A stretch of 64,000 nucleotides of DNA from Candidatus Cloacimonadales bacterium (GTDB lineage: Bacteria > Cloacimonadota > Cloacimonadia > Cloacimonadales > WRIO01). Every line of letters starts with the position of its first letter. The stretch's first letter is position 1. The stretch spans positions 990,260 through 1,054,259 of the forward strand of contig CAXXTW010000002.1 of NCBI GenBank assembly GCA_963678255.2, read 5' to 3'. Positions 19,490 through 29,395 of the stretch are shown piece after piece. Both the position numbers and the translations under genes were made by a program. A model generated the notes under the pieces. That model saw only the letters and a list, made by a program, of their open reading frames with translations. It was not told where the DNA came from and did not search any database.

Positions 19490-20263
19490 TCACTTTTTTT
19501 GTAAAATATCTAATAATATTTTCAAAAACAAAATAATAAAGACCAAGATAAAAACGGGACGTATTAATTTTGATCCTTTTTTAACCACCATTTTTGAACC
19601 GATCATGTTACCAGAGATCCCTGCTATAGCTGCTGGTATTCCCAGAAGAAGTATCACCTTGCCATTGATTAAAAATGTGGTCATGGCTGCTATATTAGAG
19701 GCTAGATTTATCACCTTGGTGTTCCCGTTAGCTACTACAAAATCGTAATGAAGCACTAATGTGAAAAATAATATTAAAAAGGATCCTGTCCCTGGTCCAA
19801 AAAATCCATCATAAAAACCTATAACCAAACCTGCTATTGAGGATAATAGTATTTTTTTAAAATTGCTGTAAATGTGTGAACTGTTCACCAATCCTATGTT
19901 TTTATTAACCAAAGTAAAAATTGTCATGACTGGTAACAATATAGCTAATATGTAACTTAAAAAATCAGGTTTGATCATTAAAACTACTTTTGCGCCAACA
20001 AATGAACCCAACAAGGCAAATACTGCGCTGAATACTGCTACTTTAACATCAATCATCCCATGTTTAAAATATCTCGCTGTTGAGAATAATGTCCCAAAAC
20101 ATGAAGAAAACTTGTTATTACCCAAGGCTAAATGAGGGGGTAATCCTGCAGCTAAATAACCTGGTACTGATATCAAACCACCACCACCTGCTATGGCATC
20201 AATGGCTCCTGCCAAAAATACTATTGGTAAAACTATTAAATAGGTATATAGTGTTAGTTCCAT
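19490..20263 (-). CDS. TauE/SafE family anion exporter membrane protein
   Basis: 257 aa, about 8 TM segments. GGGGLISVP and GPGTGSF motifs are typical of TauE. Confidence 0.75.
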   Translation of the reverse strand: MELTLYTYLIVLPIVFLAGAIDAIAGGGGLISVPGYLAAGLPPHLALGNNKFSSCFGTLFSTARYFKHGMIDVKVAVFSAVFALLGSFVGAKVVLMIKPDFLSYILAILLPVMTIFTLVNKNIGLVNSSHIYSNFKKILLSSIAGLVIGFYDGFFGPGTGSFLILFFTLVLHYDFVVANGNTKVINLASNIAAMTTFLINGKVILLLGIPAAIAGISGNMIGSKMVVKKGSKLIRPVFILVFIILFLKILLDILQKK

Positions 20264-21180
20264 TATTTTCCCTTTTTATTTATCATTAAAAAATAATACA
20301 ATCCTGGAAATGCTGGGATTATTGAATTATAAAAAAATATGATTAGTGAAACTGCTACTGCAATTTCAGCAGAGACTCCATAGCTCTTAAATGTGTACAC
20401 AAAAGCTGTTTCTCTCACACCTAGCCCACTATAGCTAACTGGTAGAATCGTAGATAATAAAGCTATTGATACGCCCTTACAAACTACAAACCAATGAGTT
20501 CTCGACAAGGTTTCAAATAATAACCAATATTGGAAAAAGGTGAAAATCTGATGTATATATTGAGAGATCATTAAATAGGGTATTTTTTGATTGTAACACT
20601 TCCATAACAAGTTATTTCCTTGTTTCTTAAAAACCAGTGGTACTAAAAAAGGAGAAATTGAAATAATTATTAACAAAATCATCCATAGTATCTTGTATTT
20701 TGTTGCAATAAACAAAAGACTAAGAACACCAAAAAAAAGACTTATCCAATTTTGAAAAAACTTTTCAATTAATATTGAAAGAAAAGTTGCCTTTTTTTGA
20801 TGTTGATTGATGAAAGCAATCTTACCAAATGTTCCATACCCTCCTGGAATAATTAATTTTAAATATAAACCAATAAAATGTGTCTTAATAACTTTTGACC
20901 AAGACTCATTAAACTGTGGATCTATCTTTAATACTAATGACCAATTCCATACTTGTGAAAAAAATTTAATGATGGTTGTTATCAAAAGCAAAAAAATGAT
21001 TCTAATGGGTAAATCCAACATTAATATCATAATTTTATGTAAATCTATTCTTGTATATAAATAATAAAACAATAGGCATGATAATAGGATTTTTAAAACA
21101 AATATTAGCCATTTCATTGATTCTTTATATTTCTTATAAAATAGTTGTATCCGTTCAAACATTACTTCTTCCACTCCCAA
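20263..21180 (-). CDS. Polytopic membrane protein, flippase-like (UPF0104 / LPG-synthase TM-region type)
   Basis: Multi-TM protein overlapping and co-oriented with the upstream GT2 gene. Assignment rests on architecture only. Confidence 0.45.
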   Translation of the reverse strand: MGVEEVMFERIQLFYKKYKESMKWLIFVLKILLSCLLFYYLYTRIDLHKIMILMLDLPIRIIFLLLITTIIKFFSQVWNWSLVLKIDPQFNESWSKVIKTHFIGLYLKLIIPGGYGTFGKIAFINQHQKKATFLSILIEKFFQNWISLFFGVLSLLFIATKYKILWMILLIIISISPFLVPLVFKKQGNNLLWKCYNQKIPYLMISQYIHQIFTFFQYWLLFETLSRTHWFVVCKGVSIALLSTILPVSYSGLGVRETAFVYTFKSYGVSAEIAVAVSLIIFFYNSIIPAFPGLYYFLMINKKGK

Positions 21181-22214
21181 GATTTACAATTCCCTATAAT
21201 AGATTTATATAGCAAATAATATGGATATATGATTGCATAAATCAAATAAATTATTCTAAACGGCTCTTTGTGAAGAAATATTGTTTTTAAAACTAACAAA
21301 TTAATTGTTATTAAATAAAAAAAAACTAAATAAAATAATTTATTGAAAAATAATAAGGGAAATACTAGATAAAATAATGCTACAAATACGGACAGAATTT
21401 GCCATTCGATCCGAGTCATAAAAAACTTGCCAAATCGTCTGTTATCCTGATTCTGTTGCTCCTTGACAGTTAAAGTATTTCTAGTAATGACTTTAGGACT
21501 TGGAAAATAATTGATTTGTTTTTTTCTTTTTACAAATTTATTCAATAAAAGCTTATCATCTCCCGATTTCTCTGAAAACAAACCTTGATAACCCTGAACT
21601 TCATTGAATGCTATCCGCCTTAAAACAAGATTTCTGCCTGAACAACTCATGGCTGAACGAAGAGATGTGGTGACTGCAAAAATAGTAGCGGTTATTAGTT
21701 GCGTAAAATGTCTAAATGACCCTGATTCTCGTTCAGGAGAATATCCTATTAACATATCTGGCTTATGGTCAGGATTTATCCATAAATTTAATTCTTTTAT
21801 ATATTCAGATGAAATTTCACAATCTGCGTCGGTTAAAATTATATAATTAAAACAAGAAAATTCTATCCCCTTTTGAAGAGCATACTTTTTACCTTGAAAG
21901 GGATAATCTGTTCTAAGAGCATGATAATTAGATCTTTGAGTTGCAAATTGTCTGATGATAGGAAATGTATTGTCTGTTGATTGATCATCTACTAAGATTA
22001 CCTCAAATTCTCTTTCGTTATAGTCTATTTGCTCTAGTGATTTTAATAATAAGGATAGATTGTTTTCTTCATTTCTGCAGGCAATAACAATTGAATATGT
22101 TTCTTGAGATCCTTTTTCAGGTTTTTTTACTAAAAACAAACTAAAAAAAAGTAAAAGAATAAAAAAACTATAAACGATAGTTATTATAATTATTATCATA
22201 ATAACTATCTTCAT
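21162..22214 (-). CDS. Family 2 glycosyltransferase
   Basis: YSIVIACRNEE, ILVDDQSTD and LTDADC (DxD) motifs, with C-terminal TM helices. Confidence 0.8.
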   Translation of the reverse strand: MKIVIMIIIIITIVYSFFILLLFFSLFLVKKPEKGSQETYSIVIACRNEENNLSLLLKSLEQIDYNEREFEVILVDDQSTDNTFPIIRQFATQRSNYHALRTDYPFQGKKYALQKGIEFSCFNYIILTDADCEISSEYIKELNLWINPDHKPDMLIGYSPERESGSFRHFTQLITATIFAVTTSLRSAMSCSGRNLVLRRIAFNEVQGYQGLFSEKSGDDKLLLNKFVKRKKQINYFPSPKVITRNTLTVKEQQNQDNRRFGKFFMTRIEWQILSVFVALFYLVFPLLFFNKLFYLVFFYLITINLLVLKTIFLHKEPFRIIYLIYAIIYPYYLLYKSIIGNCKSWEWKK

Positions 22215-22615
22215 CTAATCCTGCTAATTGTCAATACAAATCTCTCCATTATTAGGTAAATTTTTCCATGACCAATTTAATTGAAAAACTCGTTTCTTTT
22301 GACTATATAAAAAATGGTTTTTTAAAACTTAGATTAGTGTTATTTTTATTGATTTAATTGATACTCTTTTGATTGCTTACTGCTTGCTTGGAGATCAAGG
22401 TTTGTATTTTGTATGATTTCTTAATTTTCTACCTGTTACATTTATAAAGTTTAAGTCTTCAGTCACACAGAAAATATGCTTAAAAAATTAACTAATTAAG
22501 AATATACTTATGTCTAATATAATGAAACATTTGTAGTTAACTATTTTAAAGAAAGCTATTCAAATGATTATTAAAAAAATGACTGGTATAGTCAAGATTA
22601 AACAAACAATCTGAT

Positions 22616-23596
22616 TTATCTAAAAGAAATCTTCAAATTACTGATATCACTTTTTACTTTGTTTGACATCACCATTTCAAATGAATGAAAAGGTGCAATA
22701 TCTATACCAGAATTTTCAAAAGTCCCTACATAATTTGTGAAATCAGCTTCACCTTTATTCAAATCTTTAAGAAAACTATACATATAATTCTCAACATTAA
22801 TAATTCCAGAAGTAATAGTAATATCCTGTAGTTCAGGATAAATGTAAAAGAAATCAACTTCTTGCCCGACGATGTATTTCCCATTTTCTCGGACACCTTT
22901 ATAAGCTATTTGATTCTTCTCTCCTATAGCTATAAAATATACAATGACATTTTTCTTGGATAACTGATTGATAAGAGATAATATAAACTGATCAGAACGT
23001 TTTTCTTCTACTATTTGATCAATAAACTCAACTGATTTTTTATTATCTGAATTAAATTGAGAAACACCTTTTTTAAACCCTTCTAACCATAGATTTCTTC
23101 TTGAGTCTGTATAATGTAAAAATGATACTTTTCCGTCTCTGGGTAATTTTATATCAGCAAAAACTGCAGCTATATATCCTGTTACACAAGCGACATTATC
23201 AATTTTATAATCTATACATTTTAAATTGTTATATTTTTCTTCCAAAGTAACACCAATAACAATGAATTGAATTTGAGGATTCTGCTTTACTGCTTTTAAT
23301 AAAAACTGTGGATTATCTGGATTTATAATAAAGATAGCTTTACGATTGAGTTTAAGTTGTTCATTTAATACGATGACAAAATCTTTACCTTTTATATCAA
23401 TTTCATCTATTTTGAGATTAAGATCAAAAGTTGATTTTTCCAATCCCCGTTTTACACTGCTATTAAATCGTTTATCTTCAAAACCATCTGAATCTGATAT
23501 TAAAACTAAATTAGAATGTGATGTATTTGTATCTTTTTGCACACAAGCACTTAAAATTAAAAATATCCATACTATGGAAAAAAAGTATATTTTCAT
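22616..23596 (-). CDS. BMP-family (PnrA-like) substrate-binding lipoprotein
   Basis: Lipobox ILSAC. The DGFEDKRFNSSVKRGLEK segment resembles the BMP N-terminal motif. Confidence 0.5.
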   Translation of the reverse strand: MKIYFFSIVWIFLILSACVQKDTNTSHSNLVLISDSDGFEDKRFNSSVKRGLEKSTFDLNLKIDEIDIKGKDFVIVLNEQLKLNRKAIFIINPDNPQFLLKAVKQNPQIQFIVIGVTLEEKYNNLKCIDYKIDNVACVTGYIAAVFADIKLPRDGKVSFLHYTDSRRNLWLEGFKKGVSQFNSDNKKSVEFIDQIVEEKRSDQFILSLINQLSKKNVIVYFIAIGEKNQIAYKGVRENGKYIVGQEVDFFYIYPELQDITITSGIINVENYMYSFLKDLNKGEADFTNYVGTFENSGIDIAPFHSFEMVMSNKVKSDISNLKISFR

Positions 23597-23716
23597 TCAT
23601 CCTCCAAATATAAACAACATAGTCATTTTACATTAATAGTCAAGTTTATTTTTGTTTTTCTTTAATTGACAAATTCCTTTCAGACGATAATTATGGCATA
23701 GTGAGGTGCTAGTAAA

Positions 23717-25195
23717 ATGGAATATAAATATTTAAAAAAATGGTGTTATGAAAATAACAATCAAAAACTGTCTTTTAAAACTATGTACAAAAAACAAGAT
23801 CAATATTTCATCCAGTTCAAAAATAACAAAAAAACTCTACAAATTAACCTTTCTTCAAAAGACTGTTATCTGTTTTTTACTGAAATAACCAACACTTTTG
23901 ACACTTCTTCTCATGAAATGACCATGCTGAATACTCACCTTTCTCACTCAAACCTGAATACTATCAATATTGATGATAATGATCGCATTATCTACCTTCA
24001 GTTTGAAAAATTTAATATCTATAACCAAATAGAACAATATACCCTAATTTTTGAACTCATTTCTAAATTTCAAAACATAATCCTGACTAAAAAAACTGAA
24101 GACAATTCTATTATTATTGATTGCTTAAAAAAAATTAGCTATAGTGAAAATACCACCAGACAAATTCTGCCTGGATTAAATTATGAAAAACCTTCCACTC
24201 AATATAAACCGTATAATACTGAACTTTCTTATCCTCTCTTTTTAAACAATGATGGTCTAATTAATTCTACTCAAAAAAACTATGAATTAAACAATATGAA
24301 TGAATTATTCAATCTTCTTTATTATCAAATTGAAGTAACTAAAGAAAAAAACAGATTAAAAAATCAAGTGATAAAAAAAATTGAAAATCATATAAAAAAG
24401 AAAACCGATAAAATTTGCAAACTTGAACTGGAACTAACTTCTGACCTAGATGCTCAGGAATTTAAAAAAAAGGGAGATCTACTGCTGGCGAATTATCATC
24501 TGGGTAAACAAGGAATGAATGAAATAAAAGTTCTTGATTTCTTTACTGAAAGCTCTGAGGAAACTACCATTAGTTTAGATCAATCTATCAGCTGGCAACA
24601 TAATATTGACCGTTATTTTAAAAAATACAGGAAATCTATAAATGGTAAAGAAAAAATTGAAAACCAGATAAATCTTACCAAAAAAGAAATTATCCTACTT
24701 AATTCAAAAATTAACCAAATAAATAGTCTTGAAGATTTTAACGAAATATCTGATCTGGTTAAATCAGAAAAAGACTTTGATAAACAAGAAAAAGCCAAAG
24801 CCTTTAGAAGATTAATTATCAATGAAAATTGGGAGATCTGGATTGGACGATCTTCAACCGAAAATGATTTGCTTACCTGCAAATCATCCCAACCAAATGA
24901 TTGGTGGTTTCACACCAGAGTCTTTCAGGGAACTCATGTTGTTTTAAGAAACTTTAAAAAAATAGAACCTGCAGAAGACTTATTAATGCTATGCTGTCGT
25001 CTAGCTGCTTATTACAGTCGAGCTAAAAATTCTTCGAATGTTCCAGTTGATTATACTCAAATACGATATGTACGTAAACCCAGAGGATCTGCTCCAGGTT
25101 ATGTAACCTATACGAATCAAAAAACCATTTTTGTTGAGCCAATTTCCTTTAGGGATGCTGGTTTAATGGTTGCAAATAAATTATTAAAGGTTTAA
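23717..25195 (+). CDS. NFACT/FbpA-family protein (RqcH-like ribosome quality control factor)
   Basis: Coiled-coil middle region and a C-terminal DUF814-like segment, NDWWFHTRVFQGTHVVLRN...AAYYSRAK. Confidence 0.65.
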   Translation: MEYKYLKKWCYENNNQKLSFKTMYKKQDQYFIQFKNNKKTLQINLSSKDCYLFFTEITNTFDTSSHEMTMLNTHLSHSNLNTINIDDNDRIIYLQFEKFNIYNQIEQYTLIFELISKFQNIILTKKTEDNSIIIDCLKKISYSENTTRQILPGLNYEKPSTQYKPYNTELSYPLFLNNDGLINSTQKNYELNNMNELFNLLYYQIEVTKEKNRLKNQVIKKIENHIKKKTDKICKLELELTSDLDAQEFKKKGDLLLANYHLGKQGMNEIKVLDFFTESSEETTISLDQSISWQHNIDRYFKKYRKSINGKEKIENQINLTKKEIILLNSKINQINSLEDFNEISDLVKSEKDFDKQEKAKAFRRLIINENWEIWIGRSSTENDLLTCKSSQPNDWWFHTRVFQGTHVVLRNFKKIEPAEDLLMLCCRLAAYYSRAKNSSNVPVDYTQIRYVRKPRGSAPGYVTYTNQKTIFVEPISFRDAGLMVANKLLKV

Positions 25196-25196
25196 T

Positions 25197-25787
25197 ATGA
25201 ATCCTATATTTTATTCTTATATCATTCTTCCGCTAATTATCATTATTGCCAGAATTATGGATGTTAGTCTAGGAACTCTACGTATTATTCTCATCTCAAA
25301 AGGATTAAAAAAAGTTGCTCCTCTGATTGGCTTTTTCGAAGTATTCATCTGGATTGTTGTTGTCAAACAAATTCTTACTGACATTCAAAACCCCATAACT
25401 TATTTTGCTTATGCTTTTGGTTATGCTCTTGGCACTTACATTGGTATTTGGATCGAAGATAAATTATCTCTGGGTAATGTAATGATACGTTTTGTGATTA
25501 AAGATCATGCACAAGTTCTGACAGAAACTCTTCGTTCAAAAAACTATGGCGTCACGACTGTTGATGCACAGGGAAAAGATGGTTTGGTAAAAATTGTTTT
25601 TACTATTATCAACAGAAAAGATTTAATCCAAACAATTAAAATTATTGAGAATATAAATCCAAATGCCTTTTATACCATTGAAGATATTCAATCGGTTAAT
25701 AGCGGTTTTTTTTATATGCCTCTCACAAAACAATCAGGAAGAGATAAAATCAGATCTATGTTTCTAACAACTAAAAAAAGCAAGTAA
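25197..25787 (+). CDS. UPF0316/DUF2179 family membrane protein
   Basis: N-terminal TM region with MDVSLGTLRIILISKG, and a C-terminal DUF2179-like soluble domain. Confidence 0.6.
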   Translation: MNPIFYSYIILPLIIIIARIMDVSLGTLRIILISKGLKKVAPLIGFFEVFIWIVVVKQILTDIQNPITYFAYAFGYALGTYIGIWIEDKLSLGNVMIRFVIKDHAQVLTETLRSKNYGVTTVDAQGKDGLVKIVFTIINRKDLIQTIKIIENINPNAFYTIEDIQSVNSGFFYMPLTKQSGRDKIRSMFLTTKKSK

Positions 25788-25802
25788 CCTTTAAATAAAT
25801 AT

Positions 25803-26807
25803 TTATTCTAATATCTTTTCCAAAACCATTTTCACACTCACTGCTTTCATGCATTCACAAACACTTGGATTGGGGCATTTAAAACACTTTCCAGCTTTAA
25901 CCACAACTTTTGCATTTATTCCTACAGGAGCCCATCTACCTGGATGAATTGGTCTTTTAGGCACAAATATTCCTATGGCTTTAATACCAAAAGCTGAGGC
26001 AATATGCAAAACCCCTGTACTTGCTGAAACTAATGCTTCTGATTGACTGATTAAATTAATAAGCTCTTCTAATGTTAATAATCCACAAGTATTGATGACG
26101 TTGTCTCTACGAATAGTTTGAAAAACCTTTTCACCTTCTTCTTTGGTTCCTGTTATAATGATTTGATAATCCTTTTTATGCAAAACATCAATTAACTCTT
26201 GAAACTTTTTTAAAGACCATTCTCGTGCACTTCCTTTTGATTTCGGATGAATAATTATAGTTCTTTTACTCTGATTGATAATGCTTTGAACTTTTTCACA
26301 AACATTATGTTCTTTTTTAAAACCATAATAGTTAGGAATCACCTCTAAATTAGGTATACTAATTTTGAATGGTTTTAATAAAAGACTATTAAGCTGGCTT
26401 TCATGATATTGTGAATTTTTCCTGTTTAGTGGTATCAAAATGTTGCAATAAAGCCAATGAAAAAGCCTGTGAGATGTTCCAATTCGATTAACAATCTTCG
26501 CTTTAAAAGCAAGTCTGGAGATTCTTTTATTAGGGAAAACATGAATAATGGTATCATAAGTATCCAATTGATATTTATTTATGATTTCTTTATCTGTTAA
26601 TCCAGAAAACTCATCATAATCAATCAAAATATCTAAATGAGTACATTGAGAAATAATGGGTAATGTATATTTTTTCCCGAGGAAGGCAATCTTGCAATTT
26701 GGAAATCTTTCTTTCAATAATCCTGCTATTGGTAAGGTCAAAACCACGTCACCGATATTATCTGTTCTGGATATTATGATTCTGGATACCTTGTTGATAA
26801 TCTTCAT
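25803..26807 (-). CDS. Family 9 glycosyltransferase (LPS heptosyltransferase-like)
   Basis: RTDNIGDVVLTLP at the N-terminus, and SGVLHIASAFGIKAIGIF, typical of GT9. Confidence 0.8.
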   Translation of the reverse strand: MKIINKVSRIIISRTDNIGDVVLTLPIAGLLKERFPNCKIAFLGKKYTLPIISQCTHLDILIDYDEFSGLTDKEIINKYQLDTYDTIIHVFPNKRISRLAFKAKIVNRIGTSHRLFHWLYCNILIPLNRKNSQYHESQLNSLLLKPFKISIPNLEVIPNYYGFKKEHNVCEKVQSIINQSKRTIIIHPKSKGSAREWSLKKFQELIDVLHKKDYQIIITGTKEEGEKVFQTIRRDNVINTCGLLTLEELINLISQSEALVSASTGVLHIASAFGIKAIGIFVPKRPIHPGRWAPVGINAKVVVKAGKCFKCPNPSVCECMKAVSVKMVLEKILE

Positions 26808-26973
26808 ATTCTTCTCCTAAAGAAAAAATAAGGTCTGCATTACACTTGTCAAGTAGTTCTTCAGTTAAGCAAAAAAAAAGTAATGTTAACCAAATCTTCA
26901 TAAAACGCTTATACTAAAATTAACAACTGTGGTATAGATTCAGAGTAAATAAAAAAAAATTGTGGAGGAATTT

Positions 26974-28041
26974 ATGAGAAAAATCATGTTAATCTTAGGA
27001 TTATTAAGCATGTCTGCCTATTACTTATTTGCAGAAGCTGATATCAAACCTTATGGTAGTGCTAGATTGGGGTATTGGTACGAAAACCTAAACAAAGATA
27101 TGACAGGCTATGACAAAACAGACATGGATTTAAACTATATGCTTCAAACAAATAGTCGTTTTGGTGTTAATTTTAAAAATGATAACTTAACTGCAAAAGT
27201 AGAATTAGGCTCAAAAGATCCTCTAAATCTCAGATTATTATGGGCAAAATTTAAATTCACTGGCTACAGCGTATTGATCGGTCAGGATAATGATGGAACA
27301 AACGAATATTCTGCTCAAGTATATGGTGAAGATTTAAATCTTATTGGGTATGGTGCAGTGGATGGAGGTCGTAATCCAATGGTAAAAATGGAATTGGACA
27401 ATGGTTTTTACTTTTCTTTAATTAAACTTTATACTGATAAAGACCCAGCATCTGTTTCAGATACAAAAAAAATGGACATCTTATTCCCAAAATTAAACCT
27501 TGGTTATAAAATAAAAATGGATAATCTTTACTTTCATCCAACCTTTGTTTACCAATCCTATTCTTATGATAAAGATGCTACAACGGTTATTGATGGTTCT
27601 GTAAACTCATGGTTAGTTGCTTGTACTGCTCAAATGAATTTAGATCCTTTAACCATCCGTGCTCATGTAAACTATGGCATTAATACTGGCAATATGGGCT
27701 ACAAGGGGCCAAGTAATAAAGCTAAATGGGATAGTGAAAAGAATGAAACCATTGATACAACTACAATGGGTGGTTTTGGTGAAATAGCTTTCAAAATGAA
27801 TGATACAATGACATTTGATTCTGGAGTTGGTTTTGCTTCTTCTGCAAATGATACATTTGTTGATGCCAACAATAAAAAGATTTCTGATTCTCAAATGAGT
27901 GCTTATGCGCAAATGAAAATAAAAATGAGTAAATTACAACTAATACCTGAAATTGGTATTGTTGATAATATGAAAAAAACTGATGATACTAAAGAAGGTT
28001 CAAAGTTATATTTTGGAACTCAGTTAAGAATGGATTTCTAA
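26974..28041 (+). CDS. Porin-like outer membrane beta-barrel protein, paralogue 1
   Basis: Signal peptide, alternating beta-strand pattern, C-terminal ...QLRMDF (terminal Phe). Start set at the ATG after GGAGG. Confidence 0.6.
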   Translation: MRKIMLILGLLSMSAYYLFAEADIKPYGSARLGYWYENLNKDMTGYDKTDMDLNYMLQTNSRFGVNFKNDNLTAKVELGSKDPLNLRLLWAKFKFTGYSVLIGQDNDGTNEYSAQVYGEDLNLIGYGAVDGGRNPMVKMELDNGFYFSLIKLYTDKDPASVSDTKKMDILFPKLNLGYKIKMDNLYFHPTFVYQSYSYDKDATTVIDGSVNSWLVACTAQMNLDPLTIRAHVNYGINTGNMGYKGPSNKAKWDSEKNETIDTTTMGGFGEIAFKMNDTMTFDSGVGFASSANDTFVDANNKKISDSQMSAYAQMKIKMSKLQLIPEIGIVDNMKKTDDTKEGSKLYFGTQLRMDF

Positions 28042-28074
28042 AAAAAGAACTTTTGAATAACAAACCTCTAAAAT

Positions 28075-28110
28075 GGAATTACCTCTTAACTGAGGTAATT
28101 TCATTTTTTT
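28075..28110 (+). terminator. Rho-independent terminator after OMP paralogue 1
   Basis: ggaattacctc-ttaact-gaggtaatttc followed by attttttt. Confidence 0.6.
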
Positions 28111-28111
28111 C

Positions 28112-28140
28112 TTGACATCCTTTTTACTATATATTATATT
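28112..28140 (+). promoter_or_regulatory. Sigma70-like promoter for OMP paralogue 2
   Basis: TTGACA, 17-nt spacer, TATATT. About 30 nt upstream of the GGGAGG RBS. Confidence 0.5.
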
Positions 28141-28172
28141 TTTAATATAAAATTAAGTGTGGGAGGTTTGTT

Positions 28173-29261
28173 ATGAAAAAAATCATTATTGGGGTGATAT
28201 TAATGACTTCGTTAATATCAATGATTTATGCTCAAGTGGATATTAAGCCATATGGTAGTGCTCGCGTAGGTTATTGGTATGAGAGTCTCAGCAAAGAAAT
28301 GACATCTTATCAAAAAGAAGACATGGATTTAAACTACATGCTTCAATCAAACAGTCGTTTTGGAGTTAATTTTAAAAATGATAAATTAACGGCTAAAGTT
28401 GAATATGGCACGGGTGTCAATTTAAGATTATTGTGGGTAAAGCAAGATATGGGGAGCTATAGTGTTTTAATTGGACAAGATTACGATGGTACAAGTGAAT
28501 ACTCTGCTCAGGTTTACAGTACTGATAAAGGTCTTATAGAATTTGGTGCTGTAGATGGAGGACGTAACCCTCAAATTAAACTTGAAATGAAAAATGGTTT
28601 TTATGTTTCACTAATAAAACCTAATACCCTTACAAATCCAGCTGGATATGATAACAAAGCTATTGACTTGCTCATTCCAAAAATTAACTTAGGTTTCAAG
28701 TATAAATATTATAATTTTTATTCACACCCTACTTTAGTATTCCAGACTTACTCCTTTGACAAAAACTTCCCTTATATGTATGCAGGAACAGATTCTGCAA
28801 AAACTGGTATTAACGAAAGTGTCAATTCATGGTTATTTGCTTATACTGGACAAATAAATATTGATGATTTGATGATTAGAGGACATGTTAATTATGGGAG
28901 TAACACTGGTTATATGGGTTATAATGGACCTAGTAATTCAGGTTATTGGGATGCAACTAGACACGAAATTACAAACACAACTACAATGGGGGGATTTTTT
29001 GAATTTGGTTATAAATTGAATAGTCAAGTAAATATCAATACTGGTGTTGGATATGAAGCCTCTTCCAACGACAAATACTTAAATAACAATAACAAAAAAG
29101 TATCTGATGAACAAATGAGTGCTTATGCGCAAATAAAATTCCAAGTTAACAAATTTATGATTATCCCTGAAATTGGATTGTTAGATTATATGAATAGCAT
29201 TTCTGGAGAAAAACAAGGATCACTTATGTACTTCGGAACACAACTTAGAATGGACTTTTAA
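28173..29261 (+). CDS. Porin-like outer membrane beta-barrel protein, paralogue 2
   Basis: Clearly paralogous to 26974-28041: DIKPYGSAR.GYWYE.L.K.MT.Y.K.DMDLNYMLQ.NSRFGVNFKND.LTAKVE, with the same C-terminal FGTQLRMDF. Confidence 0.6.
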   Translation: MKKIIIGVILMTSLISMIYAQVDIKPYGSARVGYWYESLSKEMTSYQKEDMDLNYMLQSNSRFGVNFKNDKLTAKVEYGTGVNLRLLWVKQDMGSYSVLIGQDYDGTSEYSAQVYSTDKGLIEFGAVDGGRNPQIKLEMKNGFYVSLIKPNTLTNPAGYDNKAIDLLIPKINLGFKYKYYNFYSHPTLVFQTYSFDKNFPYMYAGTDSAKTGINESVNSWLFAYTGQINIDDLMIRGHVNYGSNTGYMGYNGPSNSGYWDATRHEITNTTTMGGFFEFGYKLNSQVNINTGVGYEASSNDKYLNNNNKKVSDEQMSAYAQIKFQVNKFMIIPEIGLLDYMNSISGEKQGSLMYFGTQLRMDF

Positions 29262-29283
29262 TTAGAGCATAAACTTGTTATAA

Positions 29284-29316
29284 AATACCTTAGGGAAACT
29301 TAAGGTATTTTTTTTT
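29284..29316 (+). terminator. Rho-independent terminator after OMP paralogue 2
   Basis: aatacctta-gggaaact-taaggtatt followed by a run of 8 T. Confidence 0.65.
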
Positions 29317-29336
29317 GCTATAAATAAAAAAAAGGT

Positions 29337-29365
29337 TTGACAGCAAATTAAATATACTTTATATT
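29337..29365 (+). promoter_or_regulatory. Sigma70-like promoter for the third OMP gene
   Basis: TTGACA, 17-nt spacer, TATATT. Same architecture as the promoter at 28112. Confidence 0.5.
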
Positions 29366-29395
29366 TTTCCAAATAAGAAATTATGGAGGTTTGTT